The notes beneath the pieces are model-generated. The model had not been told where the DNA came from, did not search any database, and saw only the letters and a list, made by a program, of their open reading frames with translations. The position numbers and the translations under genes were made by a program. DNA of 63,987 bases, the filler included, from Octopus bimaculoides (taxonomy: Eukaryota), in the NCBI RefSeq assembly GCF_001194135.2. It is 4 parts of 3 records of this genome, joined end to end, with 100 filler letters (N's around TTAATTAATTAA, not from the genome) between each part and the next. Parts side by side here need not be neighbours in the genome. Positions count along the whole stretch, not along the records: positions 62,591 to 63,987 come from NC_068981.1; 3 more parts are not named here. One strand, 5' to 3'. Positions within the stretch are counted from its first letter, which is position 1. Each line of letters opens with the position of its first letter. Of this stretch, positions 63,518 to 63,987 are shown piece after piece.

Positions 63518-63944
63518 GATGTATACATGACTCATCTCTCTCATATGTGCAATATAAAACATTCAAGAAACCAATACAAGTGCAAGGAAACTATAAGTGA
63601 AAACTACAAATAATATAACCTTTCAATCTACATGCTTCCACAAATGAAAACATGCTATTTCTTTTCTTCCAGACTTACAGTGACATTTTCAAAGAGATGA
63701 CTTAGTGAAAAAAAAATATTTCAAAGTGTTCATATTCTTTCAAACGTGTAGCAGACGGCACTTGAGACAGTGCCTGTGTCGTCTGCTATAACGATAAAAA
63801 CGTATACTGGGATAAAATTATTTCTTTGCATACGTACATCTCTGTTTCAGTAAGACTAACACACTCACACTTATTTTCATTTTCTCTCTCTCTTTATATA
63901 TATATATGTGTGTGGGGGGGGGTGTCTGTGTGTCTGTGTGTTTG

Positions 63945-63977
<33 letters not shown>

Positions 63978-63987
63978 TTGTGTGTGT

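Overview
AT-rich eukaryotic genomic DNA with 16 N-gaps and dense microsatellites. The SINE families look like those of octopus genomes; this is recognition from memory, not a database result. I see no CRISPR array, rRNA or intact tRNA gene. A host gene is suggested only by three candidate minus-strand exons with no recognisable product. Most of the window is transposable-element debris: (i) tRNA-headed SINE families, labelled here A, B and C; (ii) two nearly identical 3' ends of an R4/Dong-type non-LTR retrotransposon embedded in (TAA)n; (iii) a Penelope-like (PLE) GIY-YIG remnant with an inverted terminal repeat; (iv) a full-length but frameshifted Tc1 element, several decayed mariners, MITEs and foldback elements; (v) an unclassified ~540-bp repeat (family F) associated with (AAT)n. 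The most interesting signal is a set of short interspersed repeats whose sequence fits the minimal type I hammerhead ribozyme fold known from PLEs. Family E has a tRNA-like head, an internal (TAA)n and a canonical CUGAUGA hammerhead tail, so it is a candidate PLE-mobilised SINE. Family H has a position-6 U core variant. A 264-bp palindrome carries a G3/C8-swapped core on one arm. At 46.3-47.3 kb, R4 sits inside SINE-E, which sits inside SINE-C with a 13-bp target-site duplication. All ribozyme and mobilisation claims are inferences from manual pairing and need testing.
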